From Cycas panzhihuaensis (taxonomy: Eukaryota; Plantae; Cycadophyta): a DNA stretch of 64,000 nucleotides. The stretch lies in assembly GCA_023213395.1 (NCBI GenBank), contig CM041465.1:173855741-173919740 (forward strand), in the 5' to 3' direction. Below the pieces are notes generated by a model. It was not told where the DNA came from. It saw only the letters and a program-made list of their open reading frames with translations, and searched no databases. How positions within the stretch are numbered: the stretch's first letter is position 1; every line of letters begins with the position of its first letter. Positions 49,740 through 63,200 of the stretch are shown here, piece after piece. The position numbers were made by a program, and so were the translations under genes.

Positions 49740-49985
49740 AATCTGATTTTGACTAAAAATTGTTTTTTTTTTTTTTTACAATAGATATTTGTCTTCTAGC
49801 AATAGAAATTAGAATTTTAATTGCAGAAATCAGATTTTTTACTAATAAATTCCAATTTTCTAAGTGCAAAATCTATTTTCTGATTGAAAAATCAAAATTT
49901 TGAGTGTAGAAATGTGTCTTTCCATGGAAAAAAAATAGAATTCTAAGTGTAGAAATCTAATTCCTAATTACTGAAATTAAATTAA
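49740..49985. repeat. Degenerate ~21-bp tandem repeat in the D 5' leader
   Basis: Recurrent AGAAATC..ATTTT / AAGTGTAGAAAT units. Confidence 0.6.
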
Positions 49986-50015
49986 TGGCCTTGATAATGA
50001 AGCTTTAATACCACT

Positions 50016-50518
50016 TCTAGGAATCTTAGTCGGGATTCACACCAAATCAATTGAATAAACTTAGATCTTTGCTATTTTTGCAAAGTAGTTTCTAGATATA
50101 CCATGTAATATTATGACAAATCTATAGCAATAATAAACAGATCTCAAACCATTCACTGAAATATCCTAATCATAGATATAATAGTAGCAATTCAATTTTA
50201 TTCACAAGAATGTCCAAGGCTTGTAAATAATAAATATCATTGATCATACCCTTTTCAAGGCAAGGTGTCCTCCCAAAAATAGTCCTCGACTAGGAACACG
50301 GCTTCAAGAGCTCTAGCAATCTTCCACCATGATGCGTTTCCAAATGGGGGAAAGGCCCCCTATATATAGGTGCAATATATGAGGTAGAAGTCAATTTTAG
50401 GTTAATAAAGACAGACAAAATGATAATAAAGTAGAGGTTGGCCCTAATGTGGCTAAAAAAGAAAGAATAAAGAAGAGAGAAAAGATGAGGTCAGCTAGCA
50501 TTTGGGAGAAATGCTCCA
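50016..50518 (-). repeat. Element D 5' LTR
   Basis: Adjacent decayed Met PBS; similar to 32205-32713. Confidence 0.82.
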
Positions 50519-51326
50519 AATGTTCACATTTACATTATACAAGAAAGGGCGAAGTCTCCTAGCAATGGTCTTGAAAAGGACCAAAGCAAGAGAAATTAGT
50601 AGATGAAATTTTTGGCACAACAATATCAAGTGAATTGACCACAAATTCATATTTAGCTATGATATATCAATGCTAGGTAGGAGGTACAGACAAACTACCC
50701 AAGGAATTACAACATTTTTGTGACCCAGACTTAGATGAAGTGGATAACATCATCAATGCTATAGAAATCATGACTATTGTCCCGTAAGATTACACCTTCT
50801 AAAAGGGTAATAACACTAGTCTACGAAGTGTCCAAGCATGCGAGCTTACAAAGACAATCAATGGGAATACTCCATAATATGATACGGAAATCTATATATA
50901 CGTATAATCACAAATATATAGAGAAAATAATCCTCAAGAAAGGATATATATGAGGGATTTTGATGAGTTCCAAGAATGCAAGAGAAACATATTGCACAGA
51001 TGGACAATGCAGTGAAAAGTAGCAAAGCTCTTATTTAATAAAGAGACCCTTTAGATCTTATTAACCTAACCACGTTAAGCAGGAAAGGGGCCAAGCACAT
51101 GAAATTATGAGCAACAAGTTATTTGCCAGGAACAAACTAATGTATAGCCAACTACATGTTCATTCTAATAAAATTATAGTGCAAGGAACCAAAACCCCAG
51201 AAAAGGGCTAAGTGTAGACCCACCACTATTCATTCGCAATCAAATGGACTGAATGAGACCAATCGAGACTATAAATCTTATAGATTGGAATGGTTAATGC
51301 TATGTGCACCCTTTATATTCGAAGAT

Positions 51327-51855
51327 TGTGGCACATACTTGAAATACTCACAAATATATTAATTCTTCCCCAAATTCTCACCGGGGTTTATCCTTTAAAA
51401 GACACCTTAATAAATAAGAACTCAAAACTCCTCTAAGCATAATGCACCCACAAAACACACTCACTCACAATCCAGAATTCATCAAAAATACTCTTTTTTC
51501 CACTTAGATGGTTTTGAAAATTTTCACTTCTATTCCTAAAAAATGCCCTAGGATCCAAAAGTCCTATGTATTACACTTTCCTCCCTTTTATATAAGGCAA
51601 AGTCCATTACAAATAAAATAAAAAGAATTCAAAATATTTACAAGAATTATTTTACAAATTATTAATCATCTCATAGAGAGCCAATTTATTGGCAAATTGT
51701 CATAATGACAATAGAATCAAAATTATAACATGAACCTATATTTTACCAAATGCTCTTCACCTCCGTCAACATCTTATGCACCACCTACCTCTAGCTATTG
51801 CATTAATGACAATCATGTAATTAGTGAATGTAATTAATTTGACAAGTGTGCAACG
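51327..51855 (-). mobile_element. Possible old solo LTR
   Basis: Imperfect terminal inverted repeats TGTGGCACATACTTG / CAAGTGTGCAAC and an internal TATA; no clear TSD. Confidence 0.35.
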
Positions 51856-51859
51856 ATTC

Positions 51860-53060
51860 TCAAATCAAAGAAGCTTGACTGATAAGGGCTTACTTTTGTA
51901 TTCTATGCCCATCTGATGAATTGTTCTTTTAACATGTGTTATCTGATCATCTCTTACAATAGAAAGGCAATTTCTTTTTGCCACAATTTTCCTTTCATAT
52001 TACAACATTGAACGTACTAAAAACTTTCCACTCTCGCACTCATGAAACATGAGGGCAGAAAGAGGTTGGCCTTTGATCACACGAAGATGTAGGAAACGAT
52101 CAAAGGACATTTGTCGAAAGAACAAAAAACTTTGGTTCACAAAAACAATGACGAATTCAAAATCTTTTGCCAAAAATTTGTAACTTTCCTATGAAGGCAA
52201 ATGCTTTAGATTCATGAAGTTATATAAACAATAAAGCATCATGGAGTTGTGATTATTCTAACAACTCACATCCCTCACCATAAATATCGAAGAGACATCT
52301 ATCGTCTTGATTTTGCACTGCATATGAATTTCAAATTTTGAATCTTGTGATTTGCTATTTTTGCCTTTATGAGTATTAGGCCCTTTGCTTTGCGAAATGA
52401 CTTCAGTCCTGCAAGATCAAACCATATAGACTTTGCACTACATTCAATCAGCTTTGCCAGAACACTCCTTGAAGATATTACCAAACTTGTGTCGGCCCCT
52501 CTCATGATTTCTTTAGAATGTTTCAAAAATATATTCCTATGATTTGATTTAAAGGAACTTACAAAGGACCCTGCAAATGCCAAATGTCTAATTTGTGGGG
52601 AAATGAAGAAAAAAAATTTTGTGATTTTCAGCAAGAATGTACAAAAAATCTCACATCAGACTACCACGCATGTCTTTGCCCCTTTTCATCTGTTGCTTGA
52701 TCACAAAAGGAAAGGTACATTTTGGGGTGGCAACAATGACCAAATGGTCAATTGAAGCATATAAAGGGAGCGATGCAAGTTGCTTCAAAGTAAGCAAGGA
52801 AACGAATAAAATAGAGATAAGTCGACGAGAGGAGGATGAGTTGGGAGACACACCCAACAAATCAATTCCTGAAGGATGGAAAAGAAGATATCTCAAAAAA
52901 TTGGGGGGATGCCTTTTAAGGAACAACAAACGTAGATTAAGGAAAAGAAAATGTAAACCAAACAACAACATAGAAGTGAGTATAAAAAGTTATAATGAGA
53001 GCACAAGGAAAGGAAAAAGGAAAAACTTGCCTAAACATGGTTGAAGTATAATCAATAACA
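51860..53060 (-). mobile_element. Highly decayed LINE ORF2 relic
   Basis: Faint minus-strand resemblance to the EN-RT linker (..KFFF.., L..AL..K...F.QIFW..I). Confidence 0.4.
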
Positions 53061-54234
53061 CTACTACAAAAGAAATCAAGCTAAAATACCCAACAAAAAG
53101 AAATGGAAGCAATATTATATGTATGCATGACCTATAATTATACATTTAGATGTCCTTGTTGACAATGTCATGGTTCAAGTGAGGAAAGACATGCATGCTA
53201 CACAAGATTACTGAATGTTTTTACTTAAAAGATCATAACTATTCAAACTTTATACTTTTTCATTTATAGTTCAAGTAGTCATACTTTGTATCTTAAATTG
53301 AATGCACGATCTACAATTGCGTAATTGGATGCCCTTGTTGGCAAATCTTGTGGCTCAAGCGGAGAGAGATAAAGATAAATATGCATGCTACATACCACTA
53401 TTAAATCTTTATCCTATATAGGTCATGACTATTCAAAATTAACCCACCTTCAACTAGCTGCCTAATAGACATGTCATGTCACCTTTTACTAACATATCTA
53501 ATATAGAATTTAATAAATATCAACTGTGATATTTATAATGCTATATAAAGCAAACAACAATGCATTTTCTACTTGTATAAACATATATAATTATGATTTG
53601 ATAAAACAAACATATTCTTTTTCCCATATGGAAGATAAACAAAGAATGGTTCCACTATTTACAGCCTTAAGCTTAAAAATGATAACAATTCATAATGCCG
53701 AATCCCGAAACCACTCTCAAAATAAAAAGTAGAAAGGCGATTTACAAAATAAAGCGAAACATCTAATGCCAAAAAATAGAAAAGCATGCATTACTTTACT
53801 TTGACCAAAATATATGCCACAATAAGGACCTAGATGCATAAATTCCCCTCAAAATCATTCAAACATTTACTTGAAAATGTGAATGGCACTTCACAAAATA
53901 ACACTTGTATTGTGTTCCCAAAGAAAAGCTACTTCTAAGGAAAGCTTTTAGAGAATATCAAGCACCAAATGTTAATCATTGTTAACATATGAGACAACTA
54001 AATCTTACTTCACACATTCAAGCACAACTTACAAACACTTCTAGAAGCAATTGACAATTAAGCATCTAAGAATCTGATTACTATAGTATTCAACAAGTCT
54101 TCAATTTTTAAGTAGTGTTAATAAGAATTGATAACACAGAGATCAATGTTACCAAATCGTACAAGAATATCAAGACATAGAATAATAATTTCCAAATAGT
54201 ACATCAACCAAAAGAAAGTATAGAAATACCTCAC

Positions 54235-54423
54235 CTCCCACAGAGTTTTAACAGAAACAATTCCAGAGTAATCTGGATTGGAAGAAGACGAATAACATAA
54301 CCTCCATCTTGTATGATCTCTTGACCTTAAGCTCAATTTATACTTGACCTTTGCAAATACAACATCAACAGCATGTGTCCCGTAGGATTCTCTAATAGGA
54401 AGCACCTCACTATTCCACCCAAA
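54235..54423 (-). CDS. Probable isolated exon of a host gene (63 codons: FGWNSEVLPIRESYGTHAVDVVFAKVKY...VKTLWE); product not recognised
   Basis: Stop-free, non-TE-like peptide bounded by TGCAG| acceptor (CTGAC branch-like motif ~25 nt upstream; alternative TAG acceptor at 54440) and GAG|GTGAGG donor; AT-rich flanks. Confidence 0.5.
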
Positions 54424-54490
54424 CTGCATATAAATAGATCCTACATGTCAGATTAAAATTTATTTATAATTTGAAGTACATACAAAAATG

Positions 54491-54493
<3 letters not shown>

Positions 54494-54548
<55 letters not shown>
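54494..54548. repeat. Compound microsatellite (TC)~18(TA)~9
   Basis: Read directly from the sequence. Confidence 0.97.
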
Positions 54549-54550
<2 letters not shown>

Positions 54551-55399
54551 AAAGAAATAACTACAACTAGTACTTAATCTTTACCCATACTGATATAAGT
54601 TAATCAAAAAAGAAGAACACATAAATTATTGACGTGAACCATGTGGGAAAAAAACAACCACATGAAATAAACAATTCTTCCAAAAGTGAGCATAATCACA
54701 TCGTTTACATCTAAGTTAAGATTCTCTACCAAAACAAAGCAAGGAAAGGTGCCCATTCCAAGGAAAACCTCAATTTGCGAAGATGCAAAAAAAATCTTGA
54801 AACCCTAACTATTCCAGACAATAGACAACATTTAAAAGAATCTCAAATAACAATTTGAATATTCAATATAAAATAGTCAAAATGCAACATAATAATTTAT
54901 TGTGCCAAATCTTAAGACAAAACTACCACTCCATTACCATCATGATGAAATGCAACAATATTATAATGCATCCCTTTTCATCATGAATATCTTACAAACT
55001 CTCATCAACCATAAGGAAAATCACAAATTAAAACCATGAGCACATAGTGACAAACTAAATGGAAATTATTATGTATTAAATCTATTTTTCTACATGTGAT
55101 CCCTTTTGTAAGGCAATGCACTTGATTTGGTTCACATAAATGGCGAGTTCTTGTTAGTCAAGAACTTAACACGATATAGAAAACAATCTAATCTACAAGG
55201 TAACAATTTTCCAATTATTTTTTGTTGCCAAAATGCCAAATTGAGATAACTAATATGGAAGTTGGCATGAGTTAGGTTCAAACTTTTATTTGGTATTCAC
55301 TATAAATCTGTTCAATTCAACCTGCCATTCATCTAAAAGATATCACCAATGATCTCATCATTTTATCTTACCAAGAAATACAATCCAAATAAAAATGTT

Positions 55400-58170
55400 G
55401 CATGCAAAGGATTTGTTTGATTTCTCTATGATTATATTATTACATTCATCCTACACCCCAAGTAACCCAAAATTTCGCTTAATACCATACATGTTGCACA
55501 CCAATGTTACAAAGTAAAACTGTAGCACAAACTCTATTATCAAATGTATATCAACCAAAACTATCCTACCAAACTACTTACAACAATCTCTAACCTTTAA
55601 ATACCATATCCATGCGATTACAACAAATGAATATCACTAGTTGATGGAAACTTGTCATTCAATGCATTCCTACACAATACACCTAAACAACATATTATAT
55701 AGCCTAGTAATAAGTATTACACGATTGGATAATAAGATACCATACAATCAGATCACCTCACTCCCACTATGCAGTGTTACATACAAACCTAATGCAACTC
55801 ATCTACACAAAAGCAACTAAGCCCAATTCTACATTTAGTGTGCTATTGACAAATTCTTCAAGGTTTGTAGGCTCAAACCCAAACTTTGAATAAGTTCCTA
55901 TAAAGTAGCATTCAATTATACAAGAAAAGAACAAGTGTTGAAAGATGCTTTCATAAGACATCATCTAGCCAAAGCTACTTTATTTCAAGAATCATTGCCC
56001 CCTAGGGGGAAGGATCGCCTCAACTCATATGGTATGTGGGCGAATCCATCAAATAGAAGGGTTAGTTCAATTCATGAAGCAAGTTGCAAATCCTTTCAGT
56101 ACTTCAAAACATATCTCTATAAGGGGTAAATATTCAAGTGAAGCCACTATCTCACCATTGATTTATAGAGTATTTAGTAAAAATAATAAGATACTGAAAA
56201 AAATATTGATAACTAGAACAAATATTCTAGAGGAATTTTGCTTCTTGACGAACTAGTGTGTCATTTCAAATGGTATTCTCTGAGTTCCTATAATCGTAAC
56301 ATGCATGTAAGATTGCAACCCCCATATGAGTGGCCATTTACTCCATCCTTTAGAACAAGAAGGCCAATATTGCATATGATCAATTAATCAACTATTATTA
56401 AAAATGAGTCCATTTTAATTTTTTCTATCTCAAAGAAAAAATCTATGCTCAAAACATCACCTAAAAACAAAAAATGGCTTCCGATCTACCAAAGACATCA
56501 ATCTCCAAGTTCTATCACAAGATGAATGAACCAAACGTAAATGGGTTTTGCTATATAAACTTGCAATTTGGCCAAAGAGACTACCATCCACAACTTCCAA
56601 ATATAGAAGAAATAATCCCATTCGTAGAAGATGCTTCCATAGTATTATTCAAGTATGAAAGATAAAAGATATCCATGTATGCATTCCAAAACAATGCCAT
56701 GGAAATGAAAATGCTAAATACTGAATATCTCAATAACAACATAAAGCCCAACGCAAGATCCAAGATTTGTCTTGTAAATAAGAGGGACCCCAAAAGATCT
56801 AAGCCTAACAAATGATCCAATGTGTTAAAACAAAAACTAGGGAATATCAATATACCAAGCCTCTCATCATGCCTCCAATCCAAAATGTTGCACACCTTTT
56901 CATTAATCAAAAATAAACCATCATTAGCTTATTAATACCAACTAACCTTATATGACCAAACCCTAACTTGATGAATTCCATGTGCCAAAAGGCAAAAGAT
57001 CACCCGCCCACACAATGAACAACAAATGCCCTTTAGTTATAACACATCCTAATAAACCTTCCTAAATAATCCCAATCGATCTCCATGATTAGGTATATAG
57101 CAATGATAAGCTACTCACATGTACAGTAGCATCCAAAGGCCATACAATGGATTAGAACTAACTATCAAAATGAGGCCACAAAAAGGTAAAAGGATAAGTC
57201 CACTACTAATAGGGAATCAATGTGGTATGACATCAAAGAATAGAATATGTGCCCAAAGAAAGGACAAATCCTATAAGGGGATGGCATTTCATTAGTTGTA
57301 ACAACCTTGCCTTAGAAAGGCTTAATGCCAACTTCATACTCTCATCTATTAGTATTATAAAGTGCTACCCCTTGTTAAAGCATTGACATGATCTTGATCG
57401 TCCTTACTAAAGCTCTACTCTAAGAATCCTATTACAATAAATGCACCTATGAGTTCGTGCTTAGGTGCCCAAAAGGATGATGTTAATAATCTGCCTCAAA
57501 CTCTCCTATGATGGGCACTAGTTGAATACATGGCTACTAACCCATACTAATGAAAGATATTTGTGTCTGATACAAGTTATAAGTGGAATAAGAAGGCAAG
57601 CCATCATAACATAGTAGAAGGTGCAAGTTTGAACCAAATATGTTAAAACTTGTTATAATGATATCAAAAGGGAGAGAAATCATTTTCGCTTCGCAAAGAT
57701 AAGACCCATAGAAGAACATCAAACCCAAAACAAGAGATCTTTCTAGCTACATTGGAAAAGGAATTGATGAAAATACATACGAGTAAATCTCCAAGACAAA
57801 GAAAAGGTGTTCTGCAACAAATTTTGAAAAGGAACCCTTCCTATGATACTTACGCTAACTCTAGCCAAACTCAAAAATCTTATAGAGAAGGTCTATGTAA
57901 AAATCCCAAGATGCAAGAAAGGAAAAAATTGATCTTTATTGCTTGATGATACAAGAAGGAATAGTACAAGTATTTAAAGCGAAATGCATGAGTGACACAT
58001 GTCAAACATGCTAGACAGGTATAACAACTTTCAAAATACAAAGATTCTAAAGTTACAAAAGAGTAAAACATTATTTCTAACACCCCCCCAAAATGTTTAC
58101 TCTTTGTCCCTTAACCTAATTTTCCTTTTGAAGTACAAGAATTTGTCCTTCCACAGTAGTTTGGTGAAGA
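55400..58170 (-). mobile_element. Possible highly decayed LINE (RT and C-terminal region)
   Basis: Only faint minus-strand RT-like residues near 57600-57900; A-rich plus strand as in the other LINEs here. Confidence 0.3.
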
Positions 58171-58233
58171 TATTTGTTAATTGTATGAATATACGGGTTC
58201 GTAGTAGGAATAGAGAAAGAGAGGATGTTGCAA

Positions 58234-61039
58234 TGTAGCATTCCAAAATATGGTCGAAACTATACCTTATGGCCATTCAAATCAAAGGTCTTTGAACGAG
58301 GATTCCAACGGTTCAATCGAAAGTTAATTCTGGCATCTATATCAAAAGTTATGACCGTTTAAAGTCAGCCTGCCAGTTTTTGGAAAAGTTCTAGTCGACT
58401 TCTATTTGAGTAGTATTAAGAAGAATATCACCCAATCTAGCCGACTTCTAATTGAAGTATTTTGATCACTATAAATAGGAAGTTTGAACTGCATCCCAAA
58501 CCATCTTCGAAGGATCTTTTCGCTGTGTATTTTCGGTTCTAGGGCTACAATTAGCTCGCCCATTTGGGGGTTGCAGTTTGGAGGGCTCCTCCCCTCGAAG
58601 AGGGAAGGTCACTTTTTCAGGGAAGACTGGCATTTTGTTGTAATTTCGCTCTATTTTGGTATTATTTGACAATAAAGATTATTATTTACTTCTATGGATT
58701 CTGTAATTCCTGTTCCTTGTTCATTTTCTTATTGAATAGCATCTAGTTATTGTTTTTAGTGGATTATTACCTGTATTTTTGAGGAAAATTGTTGTAAAAG
58801 TAGAACTAGATCACTACAAGTGGTATCAGAGCTTCGTTTCGAAGGGAAAGGGTAGAGAAGATTTGGAACATACAAAGGCAATTCTGCTCATTCTTGAGAA
58901 AGCACAATTGTTCACAAATAAGAAAAAGTGTTCTTTCGCAAAGGAGACGTTCGTAGCAAGTGGTCATATGTGATGGTTCTGACTAGCAGAGAATATAGAT
59001 TTTTACCATTGAAGTCACAGTCTTTATTGACAAAGAGGCAGTTGAGAACAGTATTTTTAGACCAAGAAAGATGTTTGACCATTTTGAGCCTAGTGAAGGC
59101 ATCGATGCAAGAGAATGGGTAGAATGGGTTGAAGCTCGAAATCAAGTCACAGGGAGTACAACAATTGATGATTATTGGGCAGGCTTAAAATTGTTCTTGG
59201 GAAAAAAAGCTTATGATTGGTTCAATAATTGGTCCAACCAATCAATAGGATACACCGATTGGTTTTGGTTTCGACGTGCATTTATCAAAACATTTGGACA
59301 ACAACAAAAAGATCATCAGACCCACAAGTTAAGGTGAGGGTACCAAAGCATCAAAGCAACCAAATGAAGGGGCAGAAGTAAAAGAAGAAGGAGAAGAAGC
59401 AAAGATTGTACAAGAGCTAAAACAAGAACCAGTCAAGGGGGAACAACATGAGTACATAGAAGATTCAAAGCAAGCTCGAACGACAGAAGAATCTCAAGTC
59501 AATATCAGAGAAGAAATCCAAGGTGAAGTTACATAGGGGCAGCACGAAGACAAGGAAGAACAAGTCAATTTTGAAGAAGAATCACAAAAAACTTCAGGCA
59601 AGGTACTCATTGATGCTATGTTACACATGCACATCTCTCTTGGTAGTTTTGTATATCCTCTCTCTTTCCCTAATTCAATAGCAATAGAAAAGCCCTTTTC
59701 TCCTCAACCCATAGTTAGCCGTGCTCTTAATCCCCTTCACTTTAGTTTTTTCGTAGGTCAAATCCCAATTTCTCTCTGTAACCCTAGTTCATCTCTTTAC
59801 TTACCTACTCCTTCACCCTCTACAAACCATCCTCATTAGGATACTCTTCAAACCACTCATCATGTTTCATCACTCAGTATTACCCCTTACAAATCCCAAT
59901 CCGACTTTTCCCAAACCCCTTCAATTCCATATTATCAATATTGTCTTTTTCCGTTAAATCTTTTCTTTTGTTTGAATACCAATCCCAAAACCCTACTAAA
60001 ACCTTTTTTTCATGAAGAACCTCTATCACTTATTCCTCATTCATCCTTCTCTCCCAAAAAGTGTTGTGGTCCAACAAAACCTACACAAATTTTCATCCCC
60101 ATCCAAGGCATACTACAAAATTTATCCCTTCTTCCTATACCTTCAAAGCTATGCTTGATCTCAGTTCACAATTCCTCCTTTACTTTCTTTCACAATAAGC
60201 AATCACCAATCCATGACCCTCACGATCAATTCTTTTCCCGAAGCCTTCACGTCTTTTTCCAAGATCCACCCCATCTGAAAACAAAATGTGCAAATTCAAG
60301 ACAATACCAGGACAACATATTTGAGATACCTCATAGGTCCCAGGATCCTTCTGATTCAAAACAAGACATAACATGTACCTAGCCCCAAGAACAAACATCG
60401 GCGAATTCAAGATGCCTACTTGCAAAGCTCCATAGAAGACACAAGATCAAACCAAATCTTCACGACCTACAAGATCTAGCAGGAGGTGGTTGGAAGATTA
60501 GACTGAGCTACAAGTATTTCTCAATACTTCGAGGGCGAAGTATTATTTTAAGGGGAGGGAAATTGTAGCATTCCAAAATATGGTCAAGATTATACCTTAT
60601 GACCATTCAAATCAAAGGTCTTTGAACGAGGATTCCAATGGTTCAGACGAAAGTTAATTCTAACATCTATATTAAAAATTATGACCGTTTAAAGTCGGCC
60701 TGCCAGTTTTTGGAGAAGTTTTGGCCGACTTCTATATGAGCAGTATTAAGAAGACATATCACCCAGTCTGGTCGACTTCTAATTGAAGTATTTTGATCGC
60801 TATAAATAGCAAGTTTGGGCCACATCCCAAACCATCTTCTGACATTCTTTTGGCTACATATTTTTAGTTCTAGGGCTGCAATTAGCTCACCCATTTGGGG
60901 GTTGCAGTTTGGAGGGTTTCTTGCCTCGAAGAGGGAAGCTCACTTCTTCAGGAAAGACTGCATCTCGTTATTGTCTTTTGTGAATTATTATCTGTATTTT
61001 TTAGGAAAACTACTATAAAAGTAGAACTAGATGGCTACA
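58234..61039 (+). mobile_element. Element G2: complete 2.8-kb non-autonomous gag-remnant (TR-GAG-like) element inserted in the H 3' LTR
   Basis: LTRs 58234-58818 and 60564-61039; TSD TGCAA (58229-58233, 61040-61044); perfect Met PBS at 58821-58832; PPT 60550-60562. Confidence 0.95.
59071..59337 (+). pseudogene. gag: G2 gag capsid N-terminal-like remnant
   Basis: DAREWV..LFLGKKAYDWF..TDWFWFRRAFIKTFG. Confidence 0.7.
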
Positions 61040-61399
61040 TGCAACACGATCAATCCATACATGCTCAACACCATGTACACAATATATATACAATATATCA
61101 CAACATCGACATATAAAGAAGCACAACACAATAAGCACAATGTCACTTATATCAAAACTGGATGTATAGAAGTCAGATGCGATCACCCCAAACAAACTCA
61201 GAACCATCTGCTAGGATCAAGATGCGCCACATCGCATACCCCACATTTGCCCCTATTACATATATATACATATCTGAACCAATATATGTCGTTTAGTAAC
61301 TAACTAAAACAAACTCAAAACTAATTTCTTTTGACGACATAATTAACAAAATTGATGCCTAACATCTATCCCCCTCTTTTAGCTCTAAGTGCCTCGCTT

Positions 61400-63200
61400 A
61401 GAAGTAGTTGTTGGATCTGCAATGATTTGAGTAGAATCTGGAGTTGAATCTTTAGCTACAGTTTTAGGTGGTGTCGAAGAAGACCCCTTAGAATAAATAG
61501 GGTCAAGTCCTGCTTTGCAATGCCATTTCCAATTTTCACGACTAACCACTTCAACACATTGAAGAACTCTCTCACGGTGTGCCTTCTCTTCATTTAGTCG
61601 ATATGATAATTCTTTAATATAATGTTTTGATCGCTCTTCATTCTGTCAAAGTTGTTCCTCCAGTGTATTGATTTGCTGAATATGGCGAACTTCTCAATTA
61701 TACATTTCTTCATTTGTTTTTAATAATTGACTGCATTCACTCTCCTTTTTGCGTAGCAATTCCTCCGTTTTCTTTAATGAGTCTTCCATTTTCTTTAACG
61801 ACTCTTTTGCTTCCTCGCATTCCTTTTGTAACTAATCATAATTATTTATCTTCTGAAGGTTATCCTCCATTATCCTTATAAGTGATCCTTGTGTTTCCAT
61901 TATTGTCTGATATGCATTAATCACGAGTATGTGTTGAGCCTTTACAACTTGAAGATTATCAAGAATTGTTGCATGCTGCTCTCTTTCAAGTTCTGGATTT
62001 GGTTCTGTCTCCCTGTTAGATGAATTATCTGCAATTGCTCCCATTAATTCATATCTTGCCACTTCACTGTCAACCGTAGGAGATGCTGGAATACTCAAAT
62101 CTAGTGCCCTAAGGACCTCCTCTATCGGAGGTTCACTTCCTTCCTCGACTTCTTCATCTTCCTCTCCACTCGAACTGAGATCCGAATAATCCGCAATGTA
62201 GTCTTCATCTGAGTCATTAAAAGAAGTAGATGAGGATTCATTTGTCCCATGTACCATAACAACCTTGCGTTTCTTTGTCTACTCCCTTCTACTCTCCTTT
62301 AGTACTTATCGTTGAATCTTCTTTGGTGTAGACGAGTCTTTGTGGAATGCAGAAAGCAGTAAAATCGTTGGATTCCTTGCAACATTAGGTAGATGAAACT
62401 TCTCGTAACACAACCCCAACAAGTACAAAGTGAAGTTAAAACTAGATTGTGTTCCTGTAATTAACTAATGGAGTGATGTTTTCATTTTTTTGGAGATGAA
62501 AGCAGACCAGTTATAAACTGTGCCCCTCATTATTCCTTGGAGATATGGAGCAGTCCACCATGGCAGTGCCTTACAACGTTGTTCTCCTAACAACTTGGTA
62601 CACATTATTATCGCAACAACCATCACGTTTGTAGTTTTTAGATGAGTTACCGGAATGCCTCTTCCCCCATGCTTGGTGTGAAATTCTTTTCTACATATTG
62701 CCTTAATGATCTGATCTTTCATTGCAATTGTCAAATTCCCTGTTTTCTTAACCTCCTGCCCTTCCCTCGAAAATCCTGTTAACCTCACTATGTCTTCTTC
62801 CATCCTTATAATGTTTCCATTGATTGTTAACATTCTATCTCTGAAATTATACCCTTGTAATACATCCTATAGTTTTTTCGAATTTTTCGAAAAAATTGGT
62901 AATGAGGCGGCTTGCACAATCCCTACACTTCCTAATTGTGCCTTCAATAAGGCAATACAATCCTCAGTTGCCAATTTGACCCACTTGTGCAGTACTAGTG
63001 AATCTAGTATCTGCCACATGATATGTCGTCCCTCGATCTCAAATGGCAACTCTGCATCCCTTTCCTCGTCGATCATCTTCCGTGATGATTCGGCAAATGA
63101 CAACATACTCTAGGCGAATCTCGCAAATCCAGACATTATCTCTGACAATACATAGGCTTTTCGTAATGCACTTGTCTATCTGCTTCGGTGGCTCCTTGCT
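61400..63200 (-). pseudogene. Element H ORF3 (disrupted)
   Basis: IVRLTGFSREG..RGIPV..YNWSAFIS, acidic linker and coiled-coil C-terminus; same layout as the A/B/C ORF3. Confidence 0.72.

Larger units (their letters stand above)
32205..50518 (-). mobile_element. Element D: old chromoviral Ty3/gypsy hosting F, E, C and G1
   Basis: Related LTRs at 50016-50518 and 32205-32713; decayed Met PBS at 50002-50013; PPT 32716-32726; gag, PR and INT+chromodomain fragments in correct minus-strand order. TSD not recovered. Confidence 0.8.

Noticed and set aside
32200-50523. TSD for element D
   Set aside because: Flanks GGAGA and AATGT do not match; the two LTRs could be very old or come from two related elements.
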